NCBI GenBank assembly: GCA_030248215.1
Contig: JASANG010000273.1
Span: forward strand, 124,001-188,000
Length of the DNA: 64,000 bases
DNA from: Enoplolaimus lenunculus
Lineage: Eukaryota
Direction of reading: 5' to 3'
The translations under genes and the position numbers were made by a program. Every line of letters starts with the position of its first letter. The stretch's first letter is position 1. Shown piece after piece: positions 40,828 to 53,497 of this stretch. Under the pieces are notes generated by a model. The model was not told where the DNA came from. It searched no databases and worked only from the letters and a program-made list of their open reading frames with translations.

Positions 40828-41278
40828 CTGAAATATAATCAAAATTCAACAATAAAAAAATGTTTACTTAATTTTAATAAAGTTGCAGAGCTCTACCGAA
40901 TTCGCTCTGCAGCCAATTGAGCATTGTTTCAGCCGTGGAAACCAATTTTAAGCCAGGGGCGTTCTGTAACTTCACCTGTCTGAAACGCGGTGCTAAAACT
41001 GCATTATACGTGGGCTAAAATGGCTGTATTAGGCTAAGCATCCGCTGGCACCAATTGGCTACGCGCTTGTGTGTCGAACAAAACTTTTTCAACCTTGTGG
41101 AAAAACTGAATGTTTTGAATATGTTTTACAAACTGAGACCGGAGATTAATCGTAATATTCAAAAAGTTTAAACATTTACAGTTCTAAAAAGCGAGCAAAA
41201 CAGAGCATTGATACATAGAAAGCAGCGGTTGAGTTTCTTTGCATAACATTACAGCGTGAAGACCAAGATTTTTCCTAA

Positions 41279-41510
41279 GGGTAGAACTGTACTTTTTGGT
41301 CTATTTTAGCGCCGTCCGGAGCCGTCTGTCGTCGTCCAGCGCTGTCCGATGCCGTGAGTGCCGTCCGGCGTCGTCCAACGCCGTACAACAAAGCACTTTA
41401 ATTTCTAGTCGAAACCGTATAATAAAGAAAAAATATTTTGTCTTGCAGAGGTCTCCAACATCGGACGGCGTTGAGCCGACGGACGTCGTTACACAAGTAT
41501 AGCCCCACCC
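41279..41510. mobile_element. Harbinger/Tourist-like MITE, diverged, with internal CGCCGTCC motifs
   Basis: taa|GGGTAGAACTGTACTT...AAGTATAGCCCCACCC|tga. Confidence 0.6.
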
Positions 41511-43077
41511 TGAAAACTAGAATATATATAATTGCTAATGCTCTATTTCTTTTCAAAATTCAAAGGAATTGTAATATATTTCAAATTAAAAATATGTATC
41601 CCTATACTAATTTAAGGTGATGCATCTTGCTGAGTTACACTTGTTAATTAAAAATTATTAATATATTATGCTTTCACATAACGTTAAGATATAGTATTGC
41701 AAAAAACGCATCGCAAGCTTGTACATTTTGTACCATACATAAATACTTATGTTGAATACTTTGAGCTAAAAAAATTCTGATTTACATCGGTAGAGCTCAT
41801 AGCATCATTAACTCGTTTTAATATTGGTAGACACAATTTATATTATTAAAACTGGGATGCCTCACATACGTATTTTGGGCAGCGTTCTAGCACCGTGGTG
41901 TATTGGTTAAACAATGCCTTCTTTGACGTAGTATGTACATTGTGAAAACGTTTGAAACCCAGCACATTATGAAAATTACACCTTGATGCAACTATGGATG
42001 GCCTAGTTAATTTCGGTACAAAACATCCGGTTCTTACCTAAAATGTACCGATTTCGCAAACCGTTGCCTTCTCGGTTGTGACATAATTTGCAGCATATAA
42101 ATAAATGTACCAAATAAACTAATATAAATTACATAGCTAGAGTTGTTAGATAGTACGATAGAACTTTCATAAGCTACTTCTTGATTCTTAAAATTGAATT
42201 CTCAAAATTAAAAAAAAGAAAATCAAATTAAGTTATTGTTCGTTAGATCTTTAGATAATTTTTTGTAAAAATTTACTTTGTTTCTAGAGCGACAGATGTT
42301 CAAAATTTTTCGTTAATAAGTTTTCAAACAAGCAATTACGTCAAAATTTCGTTTCAAACATCTGTCTTAGAAATTAAAATTACAACCATTAGTACTCTGA
42401 ATCATAAATCTGGTAATAGTGCAAAGTTATAAGCTGGGATAGTTTGATATTCCACGGTTCAAAGCCGCCACAGTTGTATTGGACCTCAACCTCCGTGAGT
42501 TTTTCACCGACCCTGTCATTGAACAAAACCGTAGACCATTTCTGCCAGAACAGGTATCATAAAACGATTATAGTGGCTGAACTTTGAACTCTAAATTATG
42601 GGCATATGACAAGTGAAATTACAGGTAAAAACGGCAAGAACTTAGTAGGCCCGTAACCAGTTCGCTTTGCTAGGAAGGCTAAACAATTTTCACGAGGGGT
42701 ATACAAGGTTTTACGACGACTACATTACAAACAGGGTTAAAAATCGAGGGGGATCAAAAACCTTCAAGAGGGCTTAGCCCCCGCTGGCCCCCCTCTGACT
42801 ACGGGCCCGAAACTCAGTATATAAACAATTAGATGTAAGTTTGGGTCAGTCAAACTAGGAAATGACCGTACGGAAACATCTTTGATAAGCTGTGTACGCA
42901 GGGGGGATACGGGCCAACCCCGTCTCGTGATCTTGGTGCAAAGGTTTTGAAAACGTTTTCAGTAGGTAAAGCAAGAAGCCACCAATTTGTTTAAAAACAT
43001 AACCAACGGTTCTAAAATCCCAAATTCCCCTGATTTTTAGTAAAAAAGTAATGTTAGAAGTTGTTCCAATCGTTCAA

Positions 43078-43150
43078 ATGGTGTAGTGGAAACATGCTTG
43101 ACTAGAGTTCACGAGGGTCGAGGTTCGATCCCCGGCGTGGTCTTGAACTT
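43078..43150 (+). mobile_element. tRNA-derived SINE-like head
   Basis: A-box TGGTGTAGTGG and B-box GGTTCGATCCC; a homologous copy lies on the minus strand at ~55257-55326. No convincing cloverleaf. Confidence 0.6.
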
Positions 43151-43389
43151 TGTACCATTTACCCCTAAAACCCCACAAAATCTTTTACGTCACCGGTAAT
43201 ATTAAAAGCAAATATATACCCGTTGTAGAAGCTTTCTCATTGGGTATACTTATATTCTTAAATTATACACAATAGCGTTTAATTGCGAGTTTTTCCGTTT
43301 AAATTTCAATATATTTATGGTGTGAAAAATCAAAGACGACAATTCATTAAATTTCGAGACAGCTCGAGACAGATTTTATTAAAGCCAAC

Positions 43390-43570
43390 CCGGTCCCGTA
43401 GGCAAGGGGCCAGGGGGCCTCACCCCCCCCCTGGAAAATTTTTAGCCCCTTTTTAAAAGTCTTAACCCTCTATAAAATTTCCAACCTTGCTTGTAAGTCA
43501 TTGAAAACCCTTCTATGTCCCTGCTCAAAAAATTTTAGCCGCCTTAGCAATGTGAGCTAGCTACGGGCCT
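43390..43570. mobile_element. hAT-like MITE, family B (GCCCGTAGC...GCTACGGGCC)
   Basis: Flanks aagccaac/aagtcaac. The body aaccttgcttgtaagtcattgaaaacc is shared with copies at ~21150-21300, 36055-36200, 40040-40195, 42647-42809, 52658-52815, 58835-59002 and 59150-59310. Confidence 0.75.
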
Positions 43571-43653
43571 AAGTCAACCGTGGTGGATCGTAATGGAAAT
43601 TTCAAATGCACATGCTTTGTCAGCACTGTTGCGTTCAAACTTTTGCGCTCCAA

Positions 43654-44442
43654 GGATTGCGCTATACTTGTCGCACGGCGGTACCCATCACCGTTCGTCA
43701 CCTGTGCCCTCCGTCATCCGTATGATACAGTATGGTGACGGACGACGCAGGCCGGACGGTGACGGACGGCGCCAAACAGTGACGAACGGTGACGGATGGC
43801 ACCGTACAGTGATGGACGGTAACGGACAGCGGCGTGCAGTGACGGATGGTGACGGATGGCGCCGTACAGTGACGGACGGCGCCGTACAGTGAACGGACGG
43901 CGCCGTACAGTGAACGGACGGCACCGTACAGTGAACGGACGGCGCCGTACAGTGAACGGACGGCGCCGTACAGTGAACGGACGGCGCCGTACAGGGACGG
44001 ACGGCGCCGTACAGTGAACGGACGGCGCCGTACAGTGTACGGACGGCGCCGTACAGTGAACGGACGGCGCCGTANAGTGAACGGACGGCACCGTACAGTG
44101 AACGGACGGCGCCGTACAGTGAACGGACGGCGCCGTCCGGCGCCGTACTGTGACGGACGGCGCCGTACAGTGACGGACGGCGCCGTACAGTGACGGACGG
44201 CGCCGTACAGTGACGGACGGCGCCGTACAGTGACGGACGGCGCCGTACAGAGACGGACGGCGCCGTACAGTGACGGACGGCGCCGTACAGTGACGGACGG
44301 CGCCGTACAGTGACGGACGGCGCCGTACAGTGACGGACGGCGCCGTACAGTGACGTACGGCTCCGTACAGTGACGGACGGCGCCGTACAGTGACGGACGG
44401 TAACAGACGGCGCAGCACGTCATCAGAAGCATAGCGCTACCC
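43654..44442. mobile_element. Harbinger-like MITE swollen by an internal GC-rich 20/21-bp tandem array
   Basis: TIRs GGATTGCGCTATACTT / AAGCATAGCGCTACCC enclose (TGACGGACGGCGCCGTACAG)n and (TGAACGGACGGCGCCGTACAG)n; one N at 44075. Confidence 0.85.
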
Positions 44443-46157
44443 TTAATTGTTCATTTAAGGCTCACAAGGTTTTGTCCGCCAACCTATCTGAAAAGTATAT
44501 CGAAAATAATGAGTTAAAATTGATAAATACTTAAGTAAATCTTCTGAGAATTGACTTATATTGATTTCAAATTGAGTGTGTTTTATAATTTCCTTAACTA
44601 CCTTAATGGGACACATTACAATAGTTTTTTAACTCTACAGAAAACAAAAATTAAGCCACAAGTTTGTTTGCCCATATTCTCAAATGTATGTAGTATATCG
44701 TCCAGTTAGTGATAAGTCGTGTAAAATTTCAAATTAGCCAATGGAAAGCTTTAAAACTTGGGCACCGTTTGCTGCACCTTGATTGGTTCTACCTGTTGTG
44801 ATCCGGAGTTTGCCAGCCACTTCCGTTCGCTTTATTTAAAACCCCGTTAACAACTGGTGACCACAAGAGTTACACAAATCTATTACAATTCGACACCTGA
44901 CAATTTGTCACTTAACAGTCGTCTAATCCTTAAGTCTAAACCTAAGCATGATGCTAAATTTAATAGCAAGCCTACACCTAAGCTTAAGTGTAATGAGCGA
45001 GATTTCGGATTACAAGTTGTCGGTGGACGAGTTGTCGGGCGACGAATTGTCGTAATGCCGGTAATGCCGAGCTACATACATTTAACAATACGGGTCGTTA
45101 ACACAACCGAAAAGACAACAAAACTCTTCAGCAAAATTTAAATAAATAATTTGACTATAAAATTAGTATTTCAAAAGAACCAGAAGAAAAGGTGCGTTTA
45201 TTTACTAAACGCATTTATGAGCATGCATGCTTGCCGATTGAAACATTTTAAATCACATCCTGATCTTTGAAAACTCAAACCTGCCGTTGCTATGGCAACT
45301 AGTAAGTCATGGTCGCCATCCGGTAGACAAAGAATGGTCACTGGGTACAGCCCCGCTATGTAATTTCCCGACCCCTAGTAAAATATTAATATATGTGTGT
45401 ATATACGTATATATAACATATATGTATATTATATATCAGGGGAGGTTACGGGGGGTGCCGTCGGTCCGCACCCGAAACTTTTCACTAACAATTAAATTTT
45501 TGAACAAATGCAATTTTATTACATGGTTTAAAATATAAAAAATTAAATCTAAAAGCCCACTCCACCCCGAAAAAATCATGAGACCGCCAACTTGGTTCAA
45601 ATCAGTACGCTAAAGCGATAAACCAATAAGCATAAATAGAAAATGTGTAAGGTCTAATACTAAAACATAATTAAACACAGAGAACCAATATTAATGTTAT
45701 GTTGAAGCCTATAATGGTGAAAGTTTTGCTTTCTACCCTGAGCGTAGAAAAAGCGACATGTCATAGGTGCTACACACAGTTGAGAATACATAATAACATA
45801 ATAGCGTGAATAAAAGTCGTCGAATTAAAGGTCTTCTACTACAAACTAGGCTTCAAAACGCTTAAAACCCACATTTCTAAAGGTAATCTATTTAGTAATT
45901 AATGAACAAATGGGTAAACTTTAGTCAAATCATATACTAAGACACAGTGCCAGTAGAAGTTCATTAAGACCGAGCAAAACTTAAATAAGCAATGCTGAGC
46001 CTTGCACACTTTTCCCGACAGGGTTATGTTTAGGGCCAGGCATACTTAATTGAACGATGGGGTTCGTGTGAAGAGGGCGGTTGCACTACCTCGGACTTGA
46101 CCAGGGATACAAAACTTTAGGTATGAAATTTTGGGTATTTCGCGGAGGGAAACTTAA

Positions 46158-46420
46158 CCCCTTCTCACATTGAATTGCCTATAGGCAACTTAGCGCAGTG
46201 TATATACGTTAAATAATATATATCGCACCGTGTTGAACAATTGCAACACGTATACATAGTACTAAATCACCACAAGACGTGAGAGCCTCCTCGGGCTCGA
46301 GCGTCAAGCTCCTATAGGTGAGTGGTGATGGTATACGCCTCCCACTTCAGTCACTGGAGTTCGAATCCAAGCGTAAAAGTAGGTCTCATGGAAAATACAA
46401 ATTATTCATGTGAGAAAGGG
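46158..46420 (+). mobile_element. piggyBac-like MITE (TTAA TSD) containing a tRNA-like A/B box
   Basis: TTAA|CCCCTTCTCACAT...ATGTGAGAAAGGG|TTAA; internal TAGGTGAGTGG...GAGTTCGAATCC. Confidence 0.8.
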
Positions 46421-46640
46421 TTAAGAATACTAAAGGTATAAAATGTTGCTACATCAGAAATGCAAAATGTTTGGCGAATATATAATGTAATAATACATAA
46501 TGATATTATATAATATTTATATGTTTACATATATTTTGTATACTATTAGTCTGAGGACCTTTGTGAAGTGTGGCACCCGATACCAGGAATAGCGAACAAG
46601 AACGGTTTGTGTAATAATTGAAAAACCCGAAATACCTCAG

Positions 46641-46980
46641 GCGCCGGCGTCCCCCGTCACAATAGAATTTTCTCTCACGGGCACCATGGGTGGGTGGAAA
46701 TTCGGTAAACCAGCGGTACTTGATTGAGCTGGGAGGTTTACAAAGAAGGTAATGCCGCCGCCGTCCCCCGTCACAATAGAATTTTCTCTCACGGGTACCA
46801 TGGGTGGGTGGAAATTCGGTAAACCAGCGGTACTTGGTTGAGCTGGGAGGTTTACAAAGAAGGTAATGCCGCCGCCGTCCCCCGTCACAATAGAATTTTC
46901 TCTCACGGGTACCATGGGTGGGTGGAAATTCGGTAAACAAGCGGTACTTGATTGAGCCGGGAGGTTTACAAAGAAGGTAA
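46641..46980. repeat. 3 x 114-bp tandem repeat
   Basis: cccccgtcacaatagaattttc starts at 46651, 46765 and 46879. Confidence 0.95.
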
Positions 46981-47494
46981 AGCGACATTTATTTCTTTAA
47001 ATTTTTTACAGAAAAAACACATTTAACAGACCTTTAGAATAAGTTTCTGGATTCTAGAAAATCAAAAAATTTCGCGTTCGCCACATTCGCTTGCAATAAA
47101 CCTACATGAGGGTCATTCCGTCCAGAAATTCAAAATTCTAATCAGACTCAGGAGCATACCACCCTAAAGTTACGCGCATAAGTAAAAAAAATCACTTTTG
47201 GAGTAAATAATAATTTAATCTAGAGTTCTTTTGGAGAATAGTATAATTTCTGCCGGGGGCACGCGATAGATAAGCGAAAAACTAGCAATCGAAACGCCAA
47301 ACGCAATTTTATAACTAAATCTTAATACGAAATTTTACTTTTTTACCCTGTAAACGCTTAGACCTGAATACTTTTCAAACTGCTCGGCAAAGGAAATAAA
47401 TGATTATGTTGACACAACAGCTTGCGTATAACTTGACGACCCCAAATAACGGTGGACGAATTAAAATAGTCAAACTTTGTAGCAACGCCTTTAA

Positions 47495-47758
47495 CCCTTT
47501 CTCACATGAATATTTTCAATTTCATATGAGATGCACTTTCAAGGTAAGATTTGATCCCCAGTCTTTCGTGTGGGAGGCGTTTACGATGACCACTCAGCTA
47601 TAGGAACTTGACGCTCGAGCTCGAGGGGCCTCTCACGTCTTGTAGAGATTTTGCACTACACATATGTGTTAGAATTGCTAAACACTGCTCACAGTGTTTG
47701 TGTTGCTCATTTATTACTTGTATTTAGTTGCTCATAGTATACTCTATGAGTTAAATGG
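47495..47758 (-). mobile_element. Second, inverted copy of the piggyBac-like MITE
   Basis: TTAA|CCCTTTCTCACATGAA...GG|TTAA; its reverse complement aligns with 46276-46420 (GACGTGAGAG..CTCGAGCGTCAAG..CCTATAG.TGAGTGGT..ACGCCTCCCAC). Confidence 0.75.
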
Positions 47759-47936
47759 TTAAACGTGCTATCAGAATCGGAAATGAGACATACTTGATTT
47801 GAATGAAAATTTTTACCAGATACGGAATTCCGTTTGCACCTTGTTTGTTAGTAAAAACTGAAATTACTAAATTAGCATAGTTAGCTTGATATAGGTACGT
47901 GTTGGTCAACACGTCTGTTAGAAAACGTATCGCCTA

Positions 47937-48145
47937 CACTGCAAAAAATGGTGAGTAACATTGACTCGCTCCGAAATAGGGTCTACGGGACTACACAAAC
48001 TGAGTCGAATTGGACTCCGCCAGAGTCAAACATGCAACTCAGTGAGTCGAATTTGACTCTGGCGGAGTCGAATTTGACTCAGTTTGTGTAGTCCCGTAGA
48101 GCCTATTTCGGAGAGAATCAATTGGACTCACCATTTTTTGCTGTG
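47937..48145. mobile_element. Palindromic MITE with TA TSD (CACTGCAAAAAA termini)
   Basis: TA|CACTGCAAAAAATGGTGAGT...ACTCACCATTTTTTGCTGTG|TA; almost the whole element is self-complementary, with internal GAGTC/GACTC motifs. Confidence 0.88.
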
Positions 48146-48507
48146 TACTGGTGATTGGTGCTATAGCAATGTTTTTCAAATATTAATTTTTGCAACATAC
48201 AGAAACAATGAAAAATAGCATAAATTACTAATCAAACTTAAGGTGTCTGTTAATTTTTTTCATTTTTACTTCGAAATACTTTTGTATAATTTCATAGCTA
48301 GTAATTACAACACCAGAACCAGATGTCAAAATTCACACCAATATTCGCTCGTCAAAATCAATAAACGCCACAAGTATAACTACACTCTGTAGCCATATTC
48401 GATTAATTACAAGAGGAACCCGAAAAGGATGGGTGGAATATGCTTTAGCCGGAGTCATCACCAACCTTATATAAGTGTTTTAGTACAAGGTTGCCCATTA
48501 AGTAGTC

Positions 48508-48679
48508 CAGTGGCGGATCCAGGATCTTAAAATGGGGGGCAAAATTTCACAGGTAATAAACTTACGTTTGACCCATACACAAACCACGAACTATTGTCAC
48601 AAAATTGCTATATAATTTTTGTCGAGATGCTGTTGGGGGGGGCCACAGCCGGGGTGCCCCCCCCATGAATCCGCCATTA
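48508..48679. mobile_element. hAT-like MITE (CAGTGGCGGAT termini)
   Basis: Flanked by the direct repeat (a)agtagtc. Confidence 0.75.
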
Positions 48680-49030
48680 AGTAGTCACACCCCTAATAGT
48701 TCGAGATCAACTTAGCATTCGACCAAGGATATGTACTTATGTGATTATAATCTCCTAAGTGGAGAAGACTAACCACAATCTATAAGGAGCAAAATACTCT
48801 GCGGAGTAATTTGTGCTAGAATATCTGCAACGGCTCCTGTAGAGTTTTTCCGGATTAGGCAAAGGTAAGTCTTGTGCTAAGCCTAAATGTGAGGGAAAAT
48901 GTAGAAGAGCCACTACATTAAACTGCTCATCGAACATCGTATAACAAGCAAAAGCGAAGTATATATAAAATTTTGGTTAAACCAATTAAATTGCACGTAA
49001 CTTTCTCATACTTAGAATGCAGTGTAGATA

Positions 49031-49385
49031 CTCTCTAAAAGCTTAAATTAACTTGATTTAAGCTTAAGCTAATCCAGCAGCATTAAACTAGTTTTCATGA
49101 TTAATTAAACTACCAGGTAGATTTAAGCTTAAATAACTCATTTAACATCTTAGATATTTTTAGTTTAAGCTAAACTTAATGAATTTTTAGATACACATAA
49201 TTTCTGTGCTGCACTGTTTCTTAATGCAAAACTAAGTTTAATTAAACTCGTGTTCAACTTGAAATATGTTAGTCTAAGCTAAACTTATAATTCTAGCTGA
49301 GTTAGTCCTTCCAGCCATTTATGTTTTACTTAAACTAATATTCGAATTTAGTAAAGCTGTAATACAAGTTTAAGTTTTTAGAGAG
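49031..49385. mobile_element. AT-rich MITE with TA TSD
   Basis: TA|CTCTCTAAAAGCTTAAA...TTTAAGTTTTTAGAGAG|TA. Confidence 0.75.
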
Positions 49386-51405
49386 TAGTAGATAGCCATT
49401 GTCACAGCGTTTAAAAAATCAACCACGTTTCTCAAAAATAACACCAGTTTCATAGATTTTAAAACTCAATTGACAACAGTTCGAATACCAGAGAATAAAT
49501 CAAATTAATGTTGCAAAAAATGGTTATAAATTTTTAACACAGCAAAACTGACACAAAAATTGTGTTTCGGTTCAATTTTTGCTACATTCGCAAAAAGCGG
49601 TGGAGCGGGGGCCGCGTCAAAAGGATATCTTTCTCGTCAGGATGAAAATTTATTTCTTCGATAGCATTAACAGAATATGTGAACAGTATTGTCACTGATC
49701 CATCTAAAACATTTTGGCATCTTCTGCAACAATTTCTAGCTGCTGTTCAAAGCATTGAAAGCTACACGGCTGCGTTGATATATAACATAAAAAATGTGAA
49801 TATATTGTATTTACTCAGATTGGTAACATTATTTTCAACGCCGTATTCACTATCAGCTCAATTGTTCGCGTCGTAGTTACAAATTAATCTGTTCTCTCGT
49901 TGGCATAAGCGCATTAAAACAAAGCAAATGGGCTGTGTCGTCGTGGCAGCGAATCGTTCCCCAACTTTTTTAGTCAATATGATATTTTACTATTAAGGAA
50001 AATAATATTTTTCCAAAATTTCATTTCTATCTTCTTGAAAACTAATCCTGGTTTCGCCTCTGTACATATGATGTAGCACATTTATTTCCTAACATATTAT
50101 AATGAAGGCAACAATGTGGGCCGAGGTCTAACAGGAACAAACTTTTATACCGGAACAATAACAGGAACAGGACAGGAATTGAATCTCTATGCAGGAACAG
50201 GAACCAAGAATAGGAATTGTAATTTTTGCAAGAATTCTTGCCGGAACAGGAATTCCGGTTGAACCGTAATATATATTTGATGTTGTAACGAAAAATATGT
50301 TGCACTTGCAACGCAATGATGCAATTTTTATCGCAAACAACCGTGAATTAAACAGCGTACAATGAAAAGTTTTAGGTATTACAAAAACAACAAAAATACG
50401 CAAAAAAAACAGTTTTAATTGTCGCATATTGAACAATTAAGACGTTGTGAATAAATATATGCAATTCGTTTTGTGACTAAATGGTTTAAATTTAAATCAT
50501 ATGAACTTGTGAAATATTGTTAGTCAAACTGCATATTGAATGTTAACCCTTGAACCTGCTGGAGGGGCCTTATAGCCTGTCTACAGGGTCACTTTGATTC
50601 TAAGAATCGTCTGCGACTAAAATAACTCTGAAAACGATACTTGCAAGAGACTTTAACCTTTCTTTCTGTGGCAGATTAATCTATCAACGAACACGCGATT
50701 ATCACACAATTAACCTTTGAACTGAAGCTTAATGTGAAGCTGAGTTCAAATCAACACAGCCTAAACAGCCATTCAACGGGAAAGTTTAGCGCTGGTTGGA
50801 AGGACAAATTCAGAAATAATATGGGACCCTGAACTTTCGCGCCCCCCCAAATACGACTTAATATTTACCAGGTAGACGCATTATCTTGTTGAACTATTGT
50901 TAACGATTTAATACTAACGTCCTAGCAAAATTATTTTTAAGCCAGTCCAGTAGCCAGCTCAGTGGCGCTAAAAATTTTCAGGAGGGGCATACAAGGGTTT
51001 TCAGGGGGGGGGGCAAAATGTTTCAGCCTGGCCCCCCTTGGCTGTGGAGAACTGTTAAGCTAATATGAGGCAAATCTAAAGCAACATTACCTATAGGCTG
51101 AAATTTTATTTCTACGGCAAAGTTTGCTGTTGGTCAGCACCGTTGGTTTAAAATAGTGTTGTGAAATTTAGAAAGCAAAAACTTTTCTTTTCCATAAAAT
51201 TATACTCTTCCAAAAAGAAAATTTTGTGTTTGAACGTTTTATACGCTTTCACTATGGCAATCGATATGATCTATTACATTCATTTAACGGAAAAAGGTAC
51301 TTTAAAATCATTAAAAGGTTAGCTGCATAGAAGGGAATTCCTTGAAAAAAAATTACTAGACGGCTTAAATCACAGCCCTCCGTTAACATTTTGGCCAGAA
51401 CTCAC

Positions 51406-52055
51406 CAACCAACGTGATGTTGATCGTGCTGCGCCGTGCGATGATCGCTACTTCCGCTGTTGCGTGCACTTGCACTGCAACTGCTATTGTTGTTGCGCGG
51501 CGTCGAGCTTGCACCAGTGATTACTGTTGCATTGTGGCGGCAACAAATTTTACAGTAAGACTTTTGACGAAAATGTGCAACGATTGTAATAAAGCATCGA
51601 GTTAAGCAACTCCAACACATCGTTTTCAATCCACACTGTTGGGATACTCGCCCTACGCGTTGCGAGGAGAGCTCCAGTTGCGAATCGCTGCCCGAGATTT
51701 TGCCCAGGGATAGAAATTTAAGTAAAAAATTTAATATTTTCAAATTTAAATTTTTCAAAAATTCAAATACAGTCGTCCCGATTAGTTCATGAACTATGAA
51801 AATCACAAATTTCGCTTGCGAGATGACTCCATTCGGAAAACCATATAGTAATACAGCCCGTGGTATTTTGACTAACTGAACGTCCGTTGGGTTAAACTTT
51901 TTAGGTTTGGCACAAGCCCAAATCACTGCTAGGCTAGTTTGGCAAAGTTCCAGAAGTAATACATATATTAATAGTACGGTAACATACAAACAAAACGCTT
52001 CGGATGTAGTAGCTGAGTACTTGTGACCGATTGCATACGATATCGCAGTAATCAT
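51406..52055 (-). CDS. pde-4: Probable first coding exon of a long PDE4 isoform with a hydrophobic, Cys-rich N-terminus
   Basis: 217-codon ORF in AT-rich DNA ending in the donor TG|GTGAGT (phase 2), which joins in frame to the 40827 acceptor (HHVG-C-IDIE). In-frame stop shortly upstream of ATG 52055; TTTTTCAG acceptor at 52124-52131. An alternative start is ATG 51620 (MCWSCL...). Confidence 0.65.
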
Positions 52056-52123
52056 TAGTAAGATATCTACATAAGTTTAATATAGTCATTCCAGTGTTTA
52101 ATCCGCGAAATTTTGGTAGTTAA

Positions 52124-52131
52124 CTGAAAAA
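52124..52131 (-). promoter_or_regulatory. TTTTTCAG 3' splice / possible SL trans-splice acceptor about 70 nt upstream of the ATG at 52055
   Basis: Plus strand ctgaaaaa; matches the nematode acceptor consensus TTTTCAG. Confidence 0.35.
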
Positions 52132-53411
52132 TACAGCAAATAAATATTGTAGGATCCGTATTCTCAGACGTGTGCAGCTGGTTTGAAAATTTACAACAGC
52201 TGCCTACCTACTTCGATTATACGGCCTCAAAACCATATAGTGTATCTCTGACCAGCCTAATCTCAGAGGTTAAGGATGTGCGCTGCCCATATATAATAGG
52301 ACATATTCAGAATGCGGCTGCATACCTGGTTCCGATTTAATATCCGGCAAGAACTGATATCCGGTAAATTCATGTCCGGTCGCATCCTGAATACATCCTA
52401 ACAAAATTTAGATACTTTAGCTTGAGTATGAATTTAATCTTAAGATCAAACGCAATACACAATGACGATACGATAACGGATGAAATTAAGATTATGAAGT
52501 ATATATACCTATCATCATTTTAAGAATATGGCTAATCAAATGATTAATGAAAACCTAATTTTTCTTGGTTTTGATGCTAAAATTTAAAAACATTAATTTT
52601 CAACAAATTTCGCTCTTTGGCCATCGTAGTATTGTGAACCAGTAACCGCTGTCAGAACAGGACCGTAGCCAGCTCATATTGCTAGCGGAGTGCTAAACAT
52701 TTTTCAGGAGAGGCATACAACGGTTTTCGATGACTTACAAGCAAGGTTCAAAATTTGTCAGCGCAAGCCAAAATTCTTCCATGGACACTGAGCCCCTATC
52801 TGTCTACTGGCCCTTGTCAAAGGTTACTGTATTGAGTCACAGATGGTTGCATACCAAAATTATGTTGTACCAAAGAAACATTAAGAAATAAAAGCTAAAA
52901 TGTCATTTCTTTATGTCCAATCGGACATATGATTGGTAGTAAACATTACAAAACTAATTGTTTTCTACTCTAAAGTATTGCGTACGGTCGCGCTTTGCCA
53001 GGTAGGAGGTTTACGGACCAACGTTATCATTTGTCATTTGGACCCAACATTTTGCCTACAAACGTTTTTCAGATGGTAAACCCTACGCTTCGCTATGGGT
53101 CAGGGCGGAATGTGTTTCTACTGTACTGCAATAGACTAAGCTTAAGTTTTAGACTAACTTTTTTGCTTAGGCTTTAAGTATTAGGTTTATCTGTACGCTT
53201 AGACTTAGGCTTAAGCTTAAGCTTAGGCTCAGGCTTACGAATATGCTTATACTATTGTTCCGGCCCTGTGTTATACATTGGCCGAAATTTTAGTAGAATA
53301 TTTCCCCGTTTTGAATGTCCTGCTGAAAACGTTGCTTTTTATCAAAACGTTGATTCAAAAGCAATAAGCAATCCTCTTTTCAACACTAAACGGTTTCATT
53401 CGAACCAATTA

Positions 53412-53497
53412 TGGTTGCGGTATACTTTACTGTGTCGGACGAGGCAACATCTATTTGGTGGCGTGCGGTGTGGCGCCCGGCGAGTATAGCGCAACCC
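53412..53497. mobile_element. Minimal Harbinger-like MITE
   Basis: tta|TGGTTGCGGTATACT...AGTATAGCGCAACCC|taa. Confidence 0.7.

Noticed and set aside
40337..40831. 164-aa plus-strand ORF
   Set aside because: Antisense shadow of the PDE4 UCR1 exon; the splice signals and motif support the minus frame.
43078..43150. Functional tRNA gene (also ~41888-41965, 55257-55326 and 60900-60955)
   Set aside because: A/B boxes are present, but I cannot fold a proper cloverleaf and the copies are diverged; treated as SINE-like.
43593..44432. ORFs of 244, 234, 99 and 78 aa
   Set aside because: They are translations of the GC-rich 20/21-bp satellite inside a MITE.
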